64,000 bases of DNA from Acidobacteriota bacterium (GCA_019639215.1 JAHBSH010000001.1:20281-84280); one strand, 5' to 3'; counted from the first letter of the stretch, positions 46,254 to 56,707 are shown. Numbers and translations are program-made. Notes: generated by a model from the letters alone, not told the origin.

Positions 46254-46625
46254 TTACTTTATCAATTGAAAACCAGCAAACGCCGCGAGCAGGCCAAGAA
46301 CAAGGCTTGCCGCGGCATATATCAATGCAGTAGTAACGGCACCTGACCGCATTAGGTCCAGCATCTCTAAAGAGAATGCCGAAAATGTCGTAAATCCTCC
46401 GCAGACGCCTACCGCAAGAAAGACCTTCCAATCTTCGGAAACCGATCCCCTAAGTGCAAGGGCAGCGATCACTCCGATAAAAAAGCTGCCGATAATGTTT
46501 ATAAAGAATGTGTGGTAAGGAAATGCCGTGCTGAACCGCGCAACAAAATAATGTGATATGGCAAACCGCAAAACTCCGCCAACAAAACTTCCCGCTCCAG
46601 CCAAAAGATATAATCTCATTGCCAT
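46254..46625 (-). CDS. crcB: fluoride ion channel CrcB/FluC
   Basis: 123 aa with 4 TM helices. FINIIGSFFIG and GVCGGFTTFSAFS are CrcB motifs. Its stop codon abuts the mscL stop codon with no spacer. Confidence 0.88.
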   Translation of the reverse strand: MAMRLYLLAGAGSFVGGVLRFAISHYFVARFSTAFPYHTFFINIIGSFFIGVIAALALRGSVSEDWKVFLAVGVCGGFTTFSAFSLEMLDLMRSGAVTTALIYAAASLVLGLLAAFAGFQLIK

Positions 46626-47191
46626 TGAAACACCTCATCAGGAGTTATTACGGCATCAAGCCGGACGTCGTTATCACTAGCGTCGCCAATGTTTTCCGCA
46701 TGCGGAAAAATACTCAGTCCTATCTTTTTACAGTTCTGACGACACTGTAAAAGCAGTCTGTCATAGAACCCTTTGCCGTATCCAATACGATGGCCGGTTT
46801 GGTCAAAACAAAGTAGCGGAACAATAACAATATCAAGTTGTTCAGGTGCGGCCGCCTCTGTCCCGATCGGCTCACGAATGTTCCATTCGTTCTCAGTCCA
46901 TCCAGTCTTGCTGTCAAACACGATACTCCTTATGCTATTTGTCGCTAGATCGCTTTTAGGGGCATAGGTGGCAACATCCGGCCATTCCCGCCAGATGCGA
47001 TAATAGATATTTGAGGTGTCCACTTCATTGAATTTGGCAATGCGGATGAATGTATGAAGCTTTTTAACATCAGAGAGATCGATAAGATCAAAGAAACGGT
47101 CGGCGATGTGTGAGCTTGCTGCGGCAACTTCCATCAGCGAAAGTTCACTGCGTTTCTTTTGATAAATTTTGCGAAGCTCGGCTTTTTTCAC
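46616..47191 (-). CDS. 5-formyltetrahydrofolate cyclo-ligase
   Basis: 191 aa. N-terminal KKAELRKIYQKKRSEL and C-terminal GHRIGYGKGFYDRLL are MTHFS family motifs. The stop overlaps the crcB start. Confidence 0.82.
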   Translation of the reverse strand: MKKAELRKIYQKKRSELSLMEVAAASSHIADRFFDLIDLSDVKKLHTFIRIAKFNEVDTSNIYYRIWREWPDVATYAPKSDLATNSIRSIVFDSKTGWTENEWNIREPIGTEAAAPEQLDIVIVPLLCFDQTGHRIGYGKGFYDRLLLQCRQNCKKIGLSIFPHAENIGDASDNDVRLDAVITPDEVFQWQ

Positions 47192-47203
47192 TTCTATCGA
47201 ACA

Positions 47204-48334
47204 TCATTCAGGATCGCGGATGATCCAGCCACCACCGACAACCTCTTCAGCAGTTGCGATATCATAAAAGATGGTCGCCTGGCCCGGTGTGATCGCGCGT
47301 TGCGGTTCGTCAAAAACCACTCGCGCATGAGAATCAGGTAAGGGATAAATAGTTGCCGGTGTCGGGTCGTGACGATAGCGCACTTTGACAAGGGCTTTTA
47401 CCGCTTCTGTCGGTGTGTCAAAAGAGATCCAATTCACACCTTTGGCGGTAAATTCCATCGTGTCGAGTTCTTCTGCCTCACCGACGATGATCTGATTCTT
47501 TGCCCGTTCGATCTGGACAACATAAAGCGGCTTTTCATGCGCTATACCGAGACCTTTTCGCTGGCCGATGGTGTAGCGATGAATACCGGTGTGCGAACCT
47601 AGAACAGCTCCTGATGTGCTCACTATTTCGCCGCCTTCGGGAATTTCATCGGAGCGATTCTCGTGTTCCAGAAAACGGTCGATGAATTCGGAGTATTTGC
47701 CGTCCGGGACAAAACAGATCTCCTGCGATTCCTGTTTGTCGGCTGTGTAAAGATCTGCCGTGCGAGCGATCTCGCGAACATCGTCCTTCATCATCTCGCC
47801 CAGCGGAAAAAATGCGCGTGATAGTTGTTCCTGTGTAAGTTCCCAAAGAAAATAACTTTGATCTTTCCAGTGATTGCGTCCGCGAAACAGACGATAGCGG
47901 TTTACTTCTTCATCATATTCAACGCGGGCGTAATGTCCGGTTGCGACCTTATCGCATCCGAGTGAAACAGCCATGCGGTCCAACGAAGCAAACTTTAGCC
48001 GTGAATTGCACGCGACGCACGGTATTGGCGTTTCGCCGGACAGATAGCTCTGTATAAAAGGCTCCACAACATCACGGTCAAAATCCTTTTCCAGGTTTAG
48101 AACGTAGAAGGGAAACCCAAGTGAACCGGCAACGCGCCGAGCATCGTAAACATCATCAAGCGAGCAGCAGCGAGAAGGCAAAGGATCGCCGTTCTCATCA
48201 ACATTTATAAGACGCCGCTGATCCCACAGCTGCATCGTAAAACCGACGAGTTCGTGTCCCTGCTCTTTTAATAGCGCGGCTGCCGCTGATGAATCAACGC
48301 CGCCGCTCATTGCTACAGCTATCTTCATAACCAA
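47204..48334 (-). CDS. mnmA: tRNA 2-thiouridine(34) synthase
   Basis: 376 aa. [13 protein letters not shown] (PP-loop), catalytic Cys motifs CCSLDD and CFVPDG, ATGHYAR. Confidence 0.95.
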   Translation of the reverse strand: MVMKIAVAMSGGVDSSAAAALLKEQGHELVGFTMQLWDQRRLINVDENGDPLPSRCCSLDDVYDARRVAGSLGFPFYVLNLEKDFDRDVVEPFIQSYLSGETPIPCVACNSRLKFASLDRMAVSLGCDKVATGHYARVEYDEEVNRYRLFRGRNHWKDQSYFLWELTQEQLSRAFFPLGEMMKDDVREIARTADLYTADKQESQEICFVPDGKYSEFIDRFLEHENRSDEIPEGGEIVSTSGAVLGSHTGIHRYTIGQRKGLGIAHEKPLYVVQIERAKNQIIVGEAEELDTMEFTAKGVNWISFDTPTEAVKALVKVRYRHDPTPATIYPLPDSHARVVFDEPQRAITPGQATIFYDIATAEEVVGGGWIIRDPE

Positions 48335-48356
48335 GGTTTAAAGTATAGCGATTTGC

Positions 48357-49475
48357 TTAACGGTTGGAAACTTCTTTTGTGAGCAATGGCAACAGCGCAT
48401 GTTTGACAGCATCGGCAATAGCAGCGGACCCTTTCTCATTAGGATGACCGATACTTGCCAGTTCACACACACGAGTTCTGTATTTAAGGTTAGTATCACG
48501 GCGAAGTTCGGACAGAGCAGGGTGGCATTCATCACTACGCACTTCACGCATAGGATCGGCCGCAAAGCCTTTTTTTGCTACCTTGAAAAGATATGAATCT
48601 TTGGCGCCGTATGCGTTTGTGTCTGAAAAAGGGGGTACTACCAAGATAGCCGTTTCATCGCCAGTATTTTTATTCAAGACGTCAACCGCCCTGCCGAGTT
48701 CAGCGGTCGAACCGTCTGCCCAGATCTTAGAACGTCTAATCATCTTGCCGCGAAACCTTCGCCATAGAATCCGTTTCATAGGATTGTTCATCAACGGCTT
48801 TGTCCATCCCGGCCAGTTGTAGAGCTCCAGAACATCATTGACGATTCGTTTCATCGGCGTGTGTTTGGTGATGATCGGATAGTAACCGATAACGACGATC
48901 TTAGCGTTTGGAAAAGCCTGGTGCGTCTCGGTCAATAGCGATGACATATGATCGAAACAATACCTACTAATATCTTCACTCAGCTTTATATTGTCCCGAA
49001 AAGGATTCAAGATGTTTGAGACACCCACTTCGGGAATGCCGCCCGACAACATTATCAGTCCTACGTCTTCGGGTTTTTCATACACTTGTCGAGCTTTTGC
49101 AAGCTGAGCGTTGATGACGGGAAAGGATATGTTAATTTCCGGATGAAGATCTTTATTCGGATCCCGCTCAGCACCAAGCAGAGCTTCTTGCTCTTTACTG
49201 CTAAGCTGGATCGTCGAACCTGAATGAGCTAGTATGTTTAGATTCACAGGACGCTGTCCCGCAAACACCTCATCTCTAAGCCATACTTTCGTCAGACGAT
49301 AGAACTTTTGATCTTCCTCCAACCCCTGTCCCCAAACCAATGAATCCCCAAGCACTAAAAATTCGAAAGGAGATTGGGCATTAACATTTCCAAATAGAAA
49401 AGAAGGCCGACCTATCGCAGCGGCGCTTAGCGCACTTATACCCAACAGGAAATCTCTTCTGGAAACATTCGTCAT
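48357..49475 (-). CDS. SGNH/GDSL-family hydrolase with Tat-type signal peptide
   Basis: 372 aa. MTNVSRRDFLLGISALSAAAIG (twin-arginine motif). Block I is LVLGDSLVWGQG. A GxND-like block and a late HP (IGHPNEKG) follow. Confidence 0.75.
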   Translation of the reverse strand: MTNVSRRDFLLGISALSAAAIGRPSFLFGNVNAQSPFEFLVLGDSLVWGQGLEEDQKFYRLTKVWLRDEVFAGQRPVNLNILAHSGSTIQLSSKEQEALLGAERDPNKDLHPEINISFPVINAQLAKARQVYEKPEDVGLIMLSGGIPEVGVSNILNPFRDNIKLSEDISRYCFDHMSSLLTETHQAFPNAKIVVIGYYPIITKHTPMKRIVNDVLELYNWPGWTKPLMNNPMKRILWRRFRGKMIRRSKIWADGSTAELGRAVDVLNKNTGDETAILVVPPFSDTNAYGAKDSYLFKVAKKGFAADPMREVRSDECHPALSELRRDTNLKYRTRVCELASIGHPNEKGSAAIADAVKHALLPLLTKEVSNR

Positions 49476-49939
49476 AAGCAGTCGAAAACCGCAACGGTCA
49501 GAAAGCCGCCTTTGTCCTCTGATCTGATAATACTTCTGAAAGGGTTTTGAAAATTATGCTCTGTGACAATTTTAACAAGCGCCACATTACGATTTAGTAG
49601 CTATCTCCGTAAAAGAAGATGCACGAAAAGGCTACAGCTGACAGCAACTTTACAATCAGGACAATTGCTTTGGCAAATTCAAAAAGCAACAGAGCTGTGA
49701 AGCCGAACCCAACAGGGACAATTGCTGATAATTCTATGTAAATAATTTGAACTTTTTCTGAACAAGCTCCGTAACACTTCCTTTGAATTTGATAGTGTGT
49801 TAGGTTTCATAAAATGAAGTTCTTAATCCTTGCCTAATTTGACCGCCCTGTAATGTCTGCACTGGCAGTGTCTTGCCGCCGTTCAGCAGATACCTTTCGG
49901 CACTCGTCGTGCCCTGTTTTTGTATCCGGGATCTTACTT

Positions 49940-51373
49940 ATGTCTATGAACAGCGCGGAGTCGCCAGTTGCGACTACCGAAAAGGACACTTTTCGCTCCT
50001 TGATGAGGGAGATATTCAGCGGAACCGATCGTGATTTTACTCAAGGGTCGATCATTGCGGGATTGATCATCCTTGCCGTTCCAATGACCTTCGAAATGGC
50101 AATGGAGGGAGTTTTTGCGATCTTTGACACATTCTTTGTAGCAAAGCTGGGAGCCGAAGCGGTCGCCGTGGTCGGGTTTACTGAGTCTGTATTGGCTCTG
50201 GTCTATGCTGTTGCGGTTGGCCTTAGCATCGGAGCAACGGCAACTGTTGCTAGACGCATTGGCGAAAAAGATCATGAAGAAGCGGCTCGTTCCGCTGTAC
50301 ACATGATATATCTGGGGCTGATCGTCTCCGTCATCATGGGTCTGATCGGACTAATATTCGCACCCGATATATTAAGGCTTTTAGGAGCAGAAGAAGCAGT
50401 TGTCACATTAGGAACACCGTTCATGCAGATTATGTTCGGTACAAGTCTGGTGATCGTTTTTCTGTTTCTGCTTAACGCAATTTTTCGCGGTGCGGGTGAT
50501 GCGGCAATAGCGATGCGCGTACTTATCTTTGCCAACGCGATAAATCTTGTGCTCGATCCGCTTCTTATCTTTGGGTTGCTTTACTTTCCAGAAATGGGCG
50601 TTACGGGTGCGGCTGTCTCTACTGTAATAGGTCGTGGAGCCGGTGTCGTGTATGCGGCGTGGGCATTGTTCTTCAGAGACAATGGCGGTCGAATAGAGAT
50701 AAGAAAACGACACTGGAAGCTGGACCTTACTCTGCTCTGGAGCCTTGTCAGATTATCATCGGTCGCAGTTCTTCAGTTCCTGATATCGACCGCAAGCTGG
50801 AGCGGATTGGTTGTCATTCTGGCCGCTTTCGGTAGTGTGGCAATGGCCGGCTATCAAATAGGTATGAGAGTAATTGTATTCATCATCCTGCTGGCAGCCG
50901 GTATTGCGAACGCAACAGCAACACTTGTCGGGCAAAATCTCGGAGCAGGACAACCCGAACGTGCCGAGAGAACTGTATGGATAGCCGGAGCGATCAATGC
51001 AGTTTTCTTGGGTTTTATTGGAATGTTCTTTGTCATATTTGCCGATCCGGTCGTACGGATCTTCACCGCAGACCCGGAAATATTGATCCACGGCAAAGAT
51101 TGTCTGAGGATAATAGGTTATGGTTATGCTTTTTACGGACTGGGAATGGTCATGGAGAGTTCCTTCAACGGTGCCGGAGATACATTGACTCCAACCTATC
51201 TGAACCTGTTTATTTTTTGGTTGTTTGAAATACCGCTCGCATACTTGCTCGCACATACCTTTGGTTGGGGGCCAAGCGGGGTTTTCTGGGCAATAACTGT
51301 TGCGTTCTCTGTTCTTGCGGTCGTGGCTGCGTTTCTTTTTCGTCGCGGGAAATGGAAAACGCAGACAGTGTAG
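49940..51373 (+). CDS. MATE-family multidrug/efflux transporter
   Basis: ORF open from 49853; ATG 49940 (MSMNSAES...) gives ~477 aa with 12 TM helices. Typical NorM-like pattern (GSIIAGLIILAVPMTFEMAMEGVFAIFDTFFVAKLG; GAGQPERA). Confidence 0.85.
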   Translation: MSMNSAESPVATTEKDTFRSLMREIFSGTDRDFTQGSIIAGLIILAVPMTFEMAMEGVFAIFDTFFVAKLGAEAVAVVGFTESVLALVYAVAVGLSIGATATVARRIGEKDHEEAARSAVHMIYLGLIVSVIMGLIGLIFAPDILRLLGAEEAVVTLGTPFMQIMFGTSLVIVFLFLLNAIFRGAGDAAIAMRVLIFANAINLVLDPLLIFGLLYFPEMGVTGAAVSTVIGRGAGVVYAAWALFFRDNGGRIEIRKRHWKLDLTLLWSLVRLSSVAVLQFLISTASWSGLVVILAAFGSVAMAGYQIGMRVIVFIILLAAGIANATATLVGQNLGAGQPERAERTVWIAGAINAVFLGFIGMFFVIFADPVVRIFTADPEILIHGKDCLRIIGYGYAFYGLGMVMESSFNGAGDTLTPTYLNLFIFWLFEIPLAYLLAHTFGWGPSGVFWAITVAFSVLAVVAAFLFRRGKWKTQTV

Positions 51374-51504
51374 AAATGGGCTACATTTAGCGGATATAGC
51401 GCTGTTGATATGCGAATCGCTTTGAGCAGCCGCAAAGATCATTTTTATACTGAATCACTTTTTGCTCTCGACTGAAACAGCTCTGCGGTAAAATAAAAAG
51501 ACCA

Positions 51505-52188
51505 ATGGCTTTTCCCGATCCTACAACATATGAGTTTCCCGAATGGCTGCCGTATGGAAAGTTTTTCTATTATGCGCGCGATGTGATCTCGTTTGGTGAT
51601 CAGTTGACGCTCGAAAATCTGAGAGAGGCTTATCGGAAAGGCATTTTTCCATGGTACATTAACGGCGTTCCGCTTCCCTGGTATTGCCCTGAAAAGCGGG
51701 CGATCCTGGAGTTCGCCGATTTGCGGATATCAAGAAGCTTGGCAAAAGAACGCAAAAAAACCCGCTTTCGGTTTACAATCAATGAAGATTTTCGCCGTGT
51801 GATGGAAGAGTGTTCCGCGTCTGCCAGAAATGGACAGAGCGGAACATGGATCAAACCTGCCTTTATTGAAACCTATACAGAACTCCATGAAACCGGAATG
51901 GCCCACAGTGTGGAGGCATGGGATGAAAGTGACAACCTCGTCGGCGGTTTGTACGGCGTTGACGCCGGAGGTGTTTTCTGCGGCGAATCTATGTTCTACA
52001 AAAAACCCAACGCATCCAAGCTTGCACTACTTTTTTTGATAGACCATCTGAAAGAACGCGGCTCAACCTGGCTGGACGCACAAGTGATGACACCTCATAT
52101 GGAAGCTTTAGGTGCAAAGGAGGTCTCAAGGAATATCTTTCTATTGAGACTCTATGAGTTTCAGACCAGATCTTTTACCCTATTTTAG
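51505..52188 (+). CDS. aat: leucyl/phenylalanyl-tRNA--protein transferase
   Basis: AYRKGIFPWY, GTWI, LHETGMAHSVEAWDESDNLVGGLYGVDAGGVFCGESMFYKKPNASKLAL align motif-for-motif with E. coli Aat (from memory). Confidence 0.88.
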   Translation: MAFPDPTTYEFPEWLPYGKFFYYARDVISFGDQLTLENLREAYRKGIFPWYINGVPLPWYCPEKRAILEFADLRISRSLAKERKKTRFRFTINEDFRRVMEECSASARNGQSGTWIKPAFIETYTELHETGMAHSVEAWDESDNLVGGLYGVDAGGVFCGESMFYKKPNASKLALLFLIDHLKERGSTWLDAQVMTPHMEALGAKEVSRNIFLLRLYEFQTRSFTLF

Positions 52189-52265
52189 TCAGGTCTGTTT
52201 GTTAAAGGTATAGATACTTGGCTGTGAAGAATTGTTATGGTCAAATATGATTGTTTTTTTAGTCA

Positions 52266-53333
52266 ATGAATATCGATCTTTCTAGCAAAAACAGATTTCT
52301 CATATACGGAGCGAATGGCTATACCGGTGAGCTGATCACGCGGTATGCGGTCGAGCGAGGGTTGCGACCGATCATAGCCGGAAGAAATTCAGCAGCGATA
52401 ACGTCTTTGGCAGAGAAGCATGGTCTGGAATATCGGGTCTTCTCGCTGGATGAGACGGATAAACTTGATGCAGTTTTGCAGGAAGTTGAAACGGTGCTGC
52501 ATTGCGCCGGACCATTTTCACTAACCTCGAGGCCAATGGTCGAGGCTTGTCTTCGTAATAAAAAGCACTACACAGACATCACAGGCGAAATAGCGGTATT
52601 TGAAGCTTGTGCCGCACAAGATAAAAAAGCGAAAGCCGCCGGAATAATGATCATGCCGGGTGTTGGGTTTGATGTCGTCCCGAGTGATTGTCTGGCTCTC
52701 CACCTAAAGAATCGCCTTCCTTCTGCCACCCACATCAGCCTTGCGTTTTACGGAAAAGGTCGTATCTCTCACGGAACACAAGCAACTATGACGATGAACA
52801 TCGGCAAGGGCGGAGCTATCAGAAAGGATGGGATAATAACTTCTGTTCCGGCAGCGTGGAAGACACGAGAGATAGATTTTGGTGAGACAAAAAAGATCGG
52901 CACGACCATTCCGTGGGGTGATGTTTCGACTGCATATTATTCGACTGGGATTCCAAATATTGAGGTCTATACGGTCATTCCGCCGGCAAACCTCAGGCTA
53001 TTAAAGCTAAGTCGTTATCTGGGCTGGATACTTGCCTCACGACCAATAAACAATTATCTGCAAAAACAGATACCGCCCGGCGGTCCTTCTGACGATCAAA
53101 GAGAAAAGGGTAAAACGCTTCTGTGGGGAATGGCTACAGATGCACAGGGCAACACTGTCGAATCGCGAATGCAGATCCCAGAAGGCTATACCACGACCGC
53201 GCTTGCCGCGCTAAATATCACACATAAAATTCTTAACGGTAATTTCTCTGAGGGATTTCAAACCCCGGCACGAAGCTACGGTGCGGACCTGATCATGGAA
53301 ATTGAAGGATCTGTAAGATCAGATGTCCAGTAA
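52266..53333 (+). CDS. saccharopine dehydrogenase-like NAD(P)-binding oxidoreductase
   Basis: 355 aa. N-terminal Rossmann motif FLIYGANGYTGELI. The layout is typical of Sacchrp_dh_NADP proteins. Confidence 0.78.
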   Translation: MNIDLSSKNRFLIYGANGYTGELITRYAVERGLRPIIAGRNSAAITSLAEKHGLEYRVFSLDETDKLDAVLQEVETVLHCAGPFSLTSRPMVEACLRNKKHYTDITGEIAVFEACAAQDKKAKAAGIMIMPGVGFDVVPSDCLALHLKNRLPSATHISLAFYGKGRISHGTQATMTMNIGKGGAIRKDGIITSVPAAWKTREIDFGETKKIGTTIPWGDVSTAYYSTGIPNIEVYTVIPPANLRLLKLSRYLGWILASRPINNYLQKQIPPGGPSDDQREKGKTLLWGMATDAQGNTVESRMQIPEGYTTTALAALNITHKILNGNFSEGFQTPARSYGADLIMEIEGSVRSDVQ

Positions 53334-53403
53334 TGCTCGCGATTCACATCATTAAGACGCAGTTTCGACATTGACGTGTGAAACGGATAAACTACACGCA
53401 TCA

Positions 53404-54123
53404 ATGCCTGAGAAACATTCTGAGCTTAACGAACAGGATAGAAAAAAGATCGGCTCATCTGTAGATGACGTCGCTGAAAGCCTTGTGGCTATGATCCGGA
53501 ATGGCAGTCTGGGTGCCGGCGACAAACTACCGCCTGAACGCGATCTGGCAAAGACTCTCGGCGTCAGCCGCCCTACATTGCGTGCAGGCATAAGAGCTTT
53601 ATCCACCGTCGGCATCTTGCGTTCACGCCAAGGATCGGGAACATTTGTTGCAGCAAGCAATGAAACGCAAGTGCTCGACGGTTTTCCGTTAAAGATATTT
53701 TCCGGTCTTAACGGATTCACGCAGAAGGAAATGGCAGAGGCTCATCAGTTACTGGCGATAATTCTCGCCGGACTTGCAGCGGAAAGGGCAAAAGAGGATC
53801 AATTAAAGAACCTTTCTAAAGAGATATCGGGAATGATCGCATCCTCTAGTGATGCGAATAAATATGTAACGCACGAGATTGGGTTTTATTATGTTCTTGC
53901 TGCCGCCTCGCAAAATCGTGTTCTACATGTTCTGATGAATATGCTCACGACAATGATATTTGGATCTGAGGCCAATCCCGATCCTGACGATCTAGATCTT
54001 GACAGGGAAAACCTTGCGGAAAGCTATAAGCTCGTTTATCAAACTTTAAGCGAACATGACGTAGAAGAAGCAAAAGAAGCTATGCGTAACCTTATGAAAA
54101 CACGTCATGCAGAAGAGTCATAA
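53404..54123 (+). CDS. GntR-family transcriptional regulator (FadR/FCD subfamily)
   Basis: ORF open from TTG 53371; ATG 53404 is more likely. The winged HTH is GDKLPPERDLAKTLGVSRPTLRAGIRALSTVGILRSRQGSGTFV, followed by a helical FCD-like C-terminal domain. Confidence 0.82.
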   Translation: MPEKHSELNEQDRKKIGSSVDDVAESLVAMIRNGSLGAGDKLPPERDLAKTLGVSRPTLRAGIRALSTVGILRSRQGSGTFVAASNETQVLDGFPLKIFSGLNGFTQKEMAEAHQLLAIILAGLAAERAKEDQLKNLSKEISGMIASSSDANKYVTHEIGFYYVLAAASQNRVLHVLMNMLTTMIFGSEANPDPDDLDLDRENLAESYKLVYQTLSEHDVEEAKEAMRNLMKTRHAEES

Positions 54124-54275
54124 AAGGCGAAGACATAAGTTAACTGACCTTTTAGAAACGAGAACGCTGGAATCACACAACAGATCCGAACTAATACCGC
54201 GATTAAATACTCTGACCCTCCATTTTTTAGTCAGCAGAGTTGGTTTCATTGTAAGATGGTCAGATACAGATAGAT

Positions 54276-55478
54276 ATGAACGAGGGAACAACCTTGCAGT
54301 CCAAAATGCTAGAAATCGGAACCTCATCAACCGCCAACAAGCGTAGTCTTCTGCTACGGCTTTTGCGCGCCGCCCAACCAATTTCCCGAACGGAAATTGC
54401 CGAAAGGTTAAATATTGATAAAAGTACTGTAACGGAGGTCGTCAAACCTCTGTTAGATGCGGGCATTTTGCAAGAAGAAAAGCTTTCACCTGCAAAGGGA
54501 CAAGGTCGCAGAAACAGAACGCTCTCATTTGTTGATAATAACTCGTATTTTATCGGTGTAAACATAGGAGTTCGAAGAACTCAGGTTGGCCTGACATCAA
54601 TGAGCGGCGAGATCGTCGAAGAGGATGATTTTGAAACTCCCGGAGCTTATGACACAGCCTTGAGGAAGTTAAAGAGATGCATTGAAGAGATCCGCCAAAA
54701 GAATACCGAACGCCGGCTGGAAGCGATCGGTATCAGTGTTCCCGGAATGACCGATCCTGAACGAAGCGGAATTATATTCGCTCCGAATCTGGATTGGCAC
54801 AATGTTGGAATAGCTGAGGCATTAGCACAAGACGATACAAGGGTCGTGGTCGAGAACGATTCTACGGCTGCAGCAATGTATGAGGCGCGTCTGAAGATAA
54901 AGGACACGACCGACGGACTGCTTTCAAATTTTATCCTGGTCAGATCAGGAACAGGCATCGGCGTCGGGCTTGTGATCGGCAGCGAAGTCTATCGCGGCAG
55001 CGGAATTGGCCGTGGAATAGCTGGCGAATTCGGTCATATGACAATTGTCGCTGGTGGAAAGAAATGTGTTTGCGGCAATCGGGGTTGCTGGGAAAAATAT
55101 GGCTCTGCCGCAGCCGCTGCATCATTATATCTGGGAGATCGTCCCTTAAGACATAATGAGACGCCGCCAAGATTTGTCGAGATCGTAGCAAAAGCAGAGA
55201 ATGGCGATAATCGATCCCGGCGAACACTTGAGATGATAGGAGATTATCTGGGAATAGGCATTGCTAACGTGATAATGGGAATGGGCATTCCACGCGTTAT
55301 CGTCAGCGGAAGGCTTGTTTATGGTTGGAAATATATTGAAAGCCCACTGAAAGACGCAATAAATCGCAGTATTATCGGCAAGACAGGCGGCTGGTCGATC
55401 GAACCCGGTGAGCCAGCTGGTGCCGCACTTGGCGGAGCTTTGGAGGTTGCGGTAGAAGATTTCCTCGCTCGCGTCTGA
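54276..55478 (+). CDS. ROK-family transcriptional repressor (NagC/Mlc-like)
   Basis: 400 aa. N-terminal MarR-like HTH (ISRTEIAERLNIDKSTVTEVVKPLL). ROK sugar-kinase fold with Zn motif GHMTIVAGGKKCVCGNRGCWE. Confidence 0.85.
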   Translation: MNEGTTLQSKMLEIGTSSTANKRSLLLRLLRAAQPISRTEIAERLNIDKSTVTEVVKPLLDAGILQEEKLSPAKGQGRRNRTLSFVDNNSYFIGVNIGVRRTQVGLTSMSGEIVEEDDFETPGAYDTALRKLKRCIEEIRQKNTERRLEAIGISVPGMTDPERSGIIFAPNLDWHNVGIAEALAQDDTRVVVENDSTAAAMYEARLKIKDTTDGLLSNFILVRSGTGIGVGLVIGSEVYRGSGIGRGIAGEFGHMTIVAGGKKCVCGNRGCWEKYGSAAAAASLYLGDRPLRHNETPPRFVEIVAKAENGDNRSRRTLEMIGDYLGIGIANVIMGMGIPRVIVSGRLVYGWKYIESPLKDAINRSIIGKTGGWSIEPGEPAGAALGGALEVAVEDFLARV

Positions 55479-55609
55479 TCATTTTAATTTGATCTTGTTC
55501 ATCCTGTCTGTAATCGATCATTTCTTCTATGCTGAAAACTGTAACGAGTTGACTCAACCATCCCGCGACGATAGATTTATAATGCAAGGTTTATAATTAT
55601 TTCATAATC

Positions 55610-56707
55610 ATGACACTGAATATACGCTCTAAAGAAGAGTGTCGTTGGGATATTGTTTCCCTCGGCGAAGTGATGCTCAGGCTAGATCCGGGCGATAAAA
55701 GAATTCACACGACCAGGTCGTTTGATGTTTGGGAAGGAGGCGGGGAATATAACGTCGCCCGCGGGCTTAGACGGTGTTTCGGCCTCGAAGCTGCGGTCGT
55801 AACTGCTCTAGCCGATAATCCCGTCGGCAAGCTCGTGCAGGATCTGATGTATCAGGGCGGCGTCGATCAGTCGCATGTCAAATGGGTGAAATATGACGGC
55901 GTCGGGCGAACGGTTCGCAACGGAATGAATTTCACCGAGCGCGGTTTTGGTGTGCGAGCTGCTCTGGGTTGTTCTGATCGCGGACACACGGCGGTCTCAC
56001 AACTCAAGAAAGGCGCTATCGATTGGGAAAAGATATTTGGTGAGGAAGGTGCGAGGTGGTTTCACACCGGCGGCATATTCTGTGCCCTTTCTGAAACCAC
56101 GCCCGAAGTTGCCAAAGAGGCCATGGAAGTAGCCAAGAAATACGGCACTATCATATCCTACGATCTTAACTTTCGTGATTCGCTCTGGAAAGCAATAGGC
56201 GGACAGGCAAAGGCACAGGAAGTTAATCGCGATCTTGCGCAATATGTTGATGTAATGATCGGCAACGAAGAAGATTTCACAGCGTGTCTCGGCTTTGAGG
56301 TCGAAGGACAGGACGAACATCATTCAAAGCTCGACATCGTCAACTTTGAGAAGATGATCCGCAAGGCCGTCGGGGATTTTCCCAATTTCAAGGTAGCGGC
56401 AACGACACTCAGAAACGCCAAGACCGCATCGGTCAACGATTGGGGTGCGGTCTGTTTTACCGAAGGACAGCTCTATCAGGCAATGATGAGACCCGATCTG
56501 GATATCTTTGACCGCGTAGGCGGCGGCGATTCTTTTGCTTCGGGACTTATCTACGGATTTCTGACTGGTGAAACGCCGGAATGGGCGGTGAACTGTGGTG
56601 CTGCTCACGGAGCCCTCGCAATGACAACACCCGGCGATACAACGACCGTTGGCCTCGCGGACGTTCTCAGAGTAATGAAAGGCGGCGGCGCCCGTGTGGC
56701 AAGATAA
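55610..56707 (+). CDS. kdgK: PfkB-family sugar kinase (2-dehydro-3-deoxygluconokinase-like)
   Basis: 365 aa. GGGEYNVARGL near the N-terminus and the PfkB signature DRVGGGDSFASGLIYG. Sits immediately upstream of eda. Confidence 0.72.
   Translation: MTLNIRSKEECRWDIVSLGEVMLRLDPGDKRIHTTRSFDVWEGGGEYNVARGLRRCFGLEAAVVTALADNPVGKLVQDLMYQGGVDQSHVKWVKYDGVGRTVRNGMNFTERGFGVRAALGCSDRGHTAVSQLKKGAIDWEKIFGEEGARWFHTGGIFCALSETTPEVAKEAMEVAKKYGTIISYDLNFRDSLWKAIGGQAKAQEVNRDLAQYVDVMIGNEEDFTACLGFEVEGQDEHHSKLDIVNFEKMIRKAVGDFPNFKVAATTLRNAKTASVNDWGAVCFTEGQLYQAMMRPDLDIFDRVGGGDSFASGLIYGFLTGETPEWAVNCGAAHGALAMTTPGDTTTVGLADVLRVMKGGGARVAR

Noticed and set aside
49476-49600. Fluoride riboswitch in the leader of the operon that ends with crcB
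   Set aside because: Read on the minus strand, the region lacks the conserved crcB-motif elements (GGnGAUG ... CUGAUGA ... CCUAC) as I remember them.
50756-51442. 228-aa ORF antisense to the MATE transporter, and similar antisense ORFs at 49934..50302 and 50408..50713
   Set aside because: These are shadow frames of a confidently identified 12-TM transporter gene. I saw no recognisable domains.
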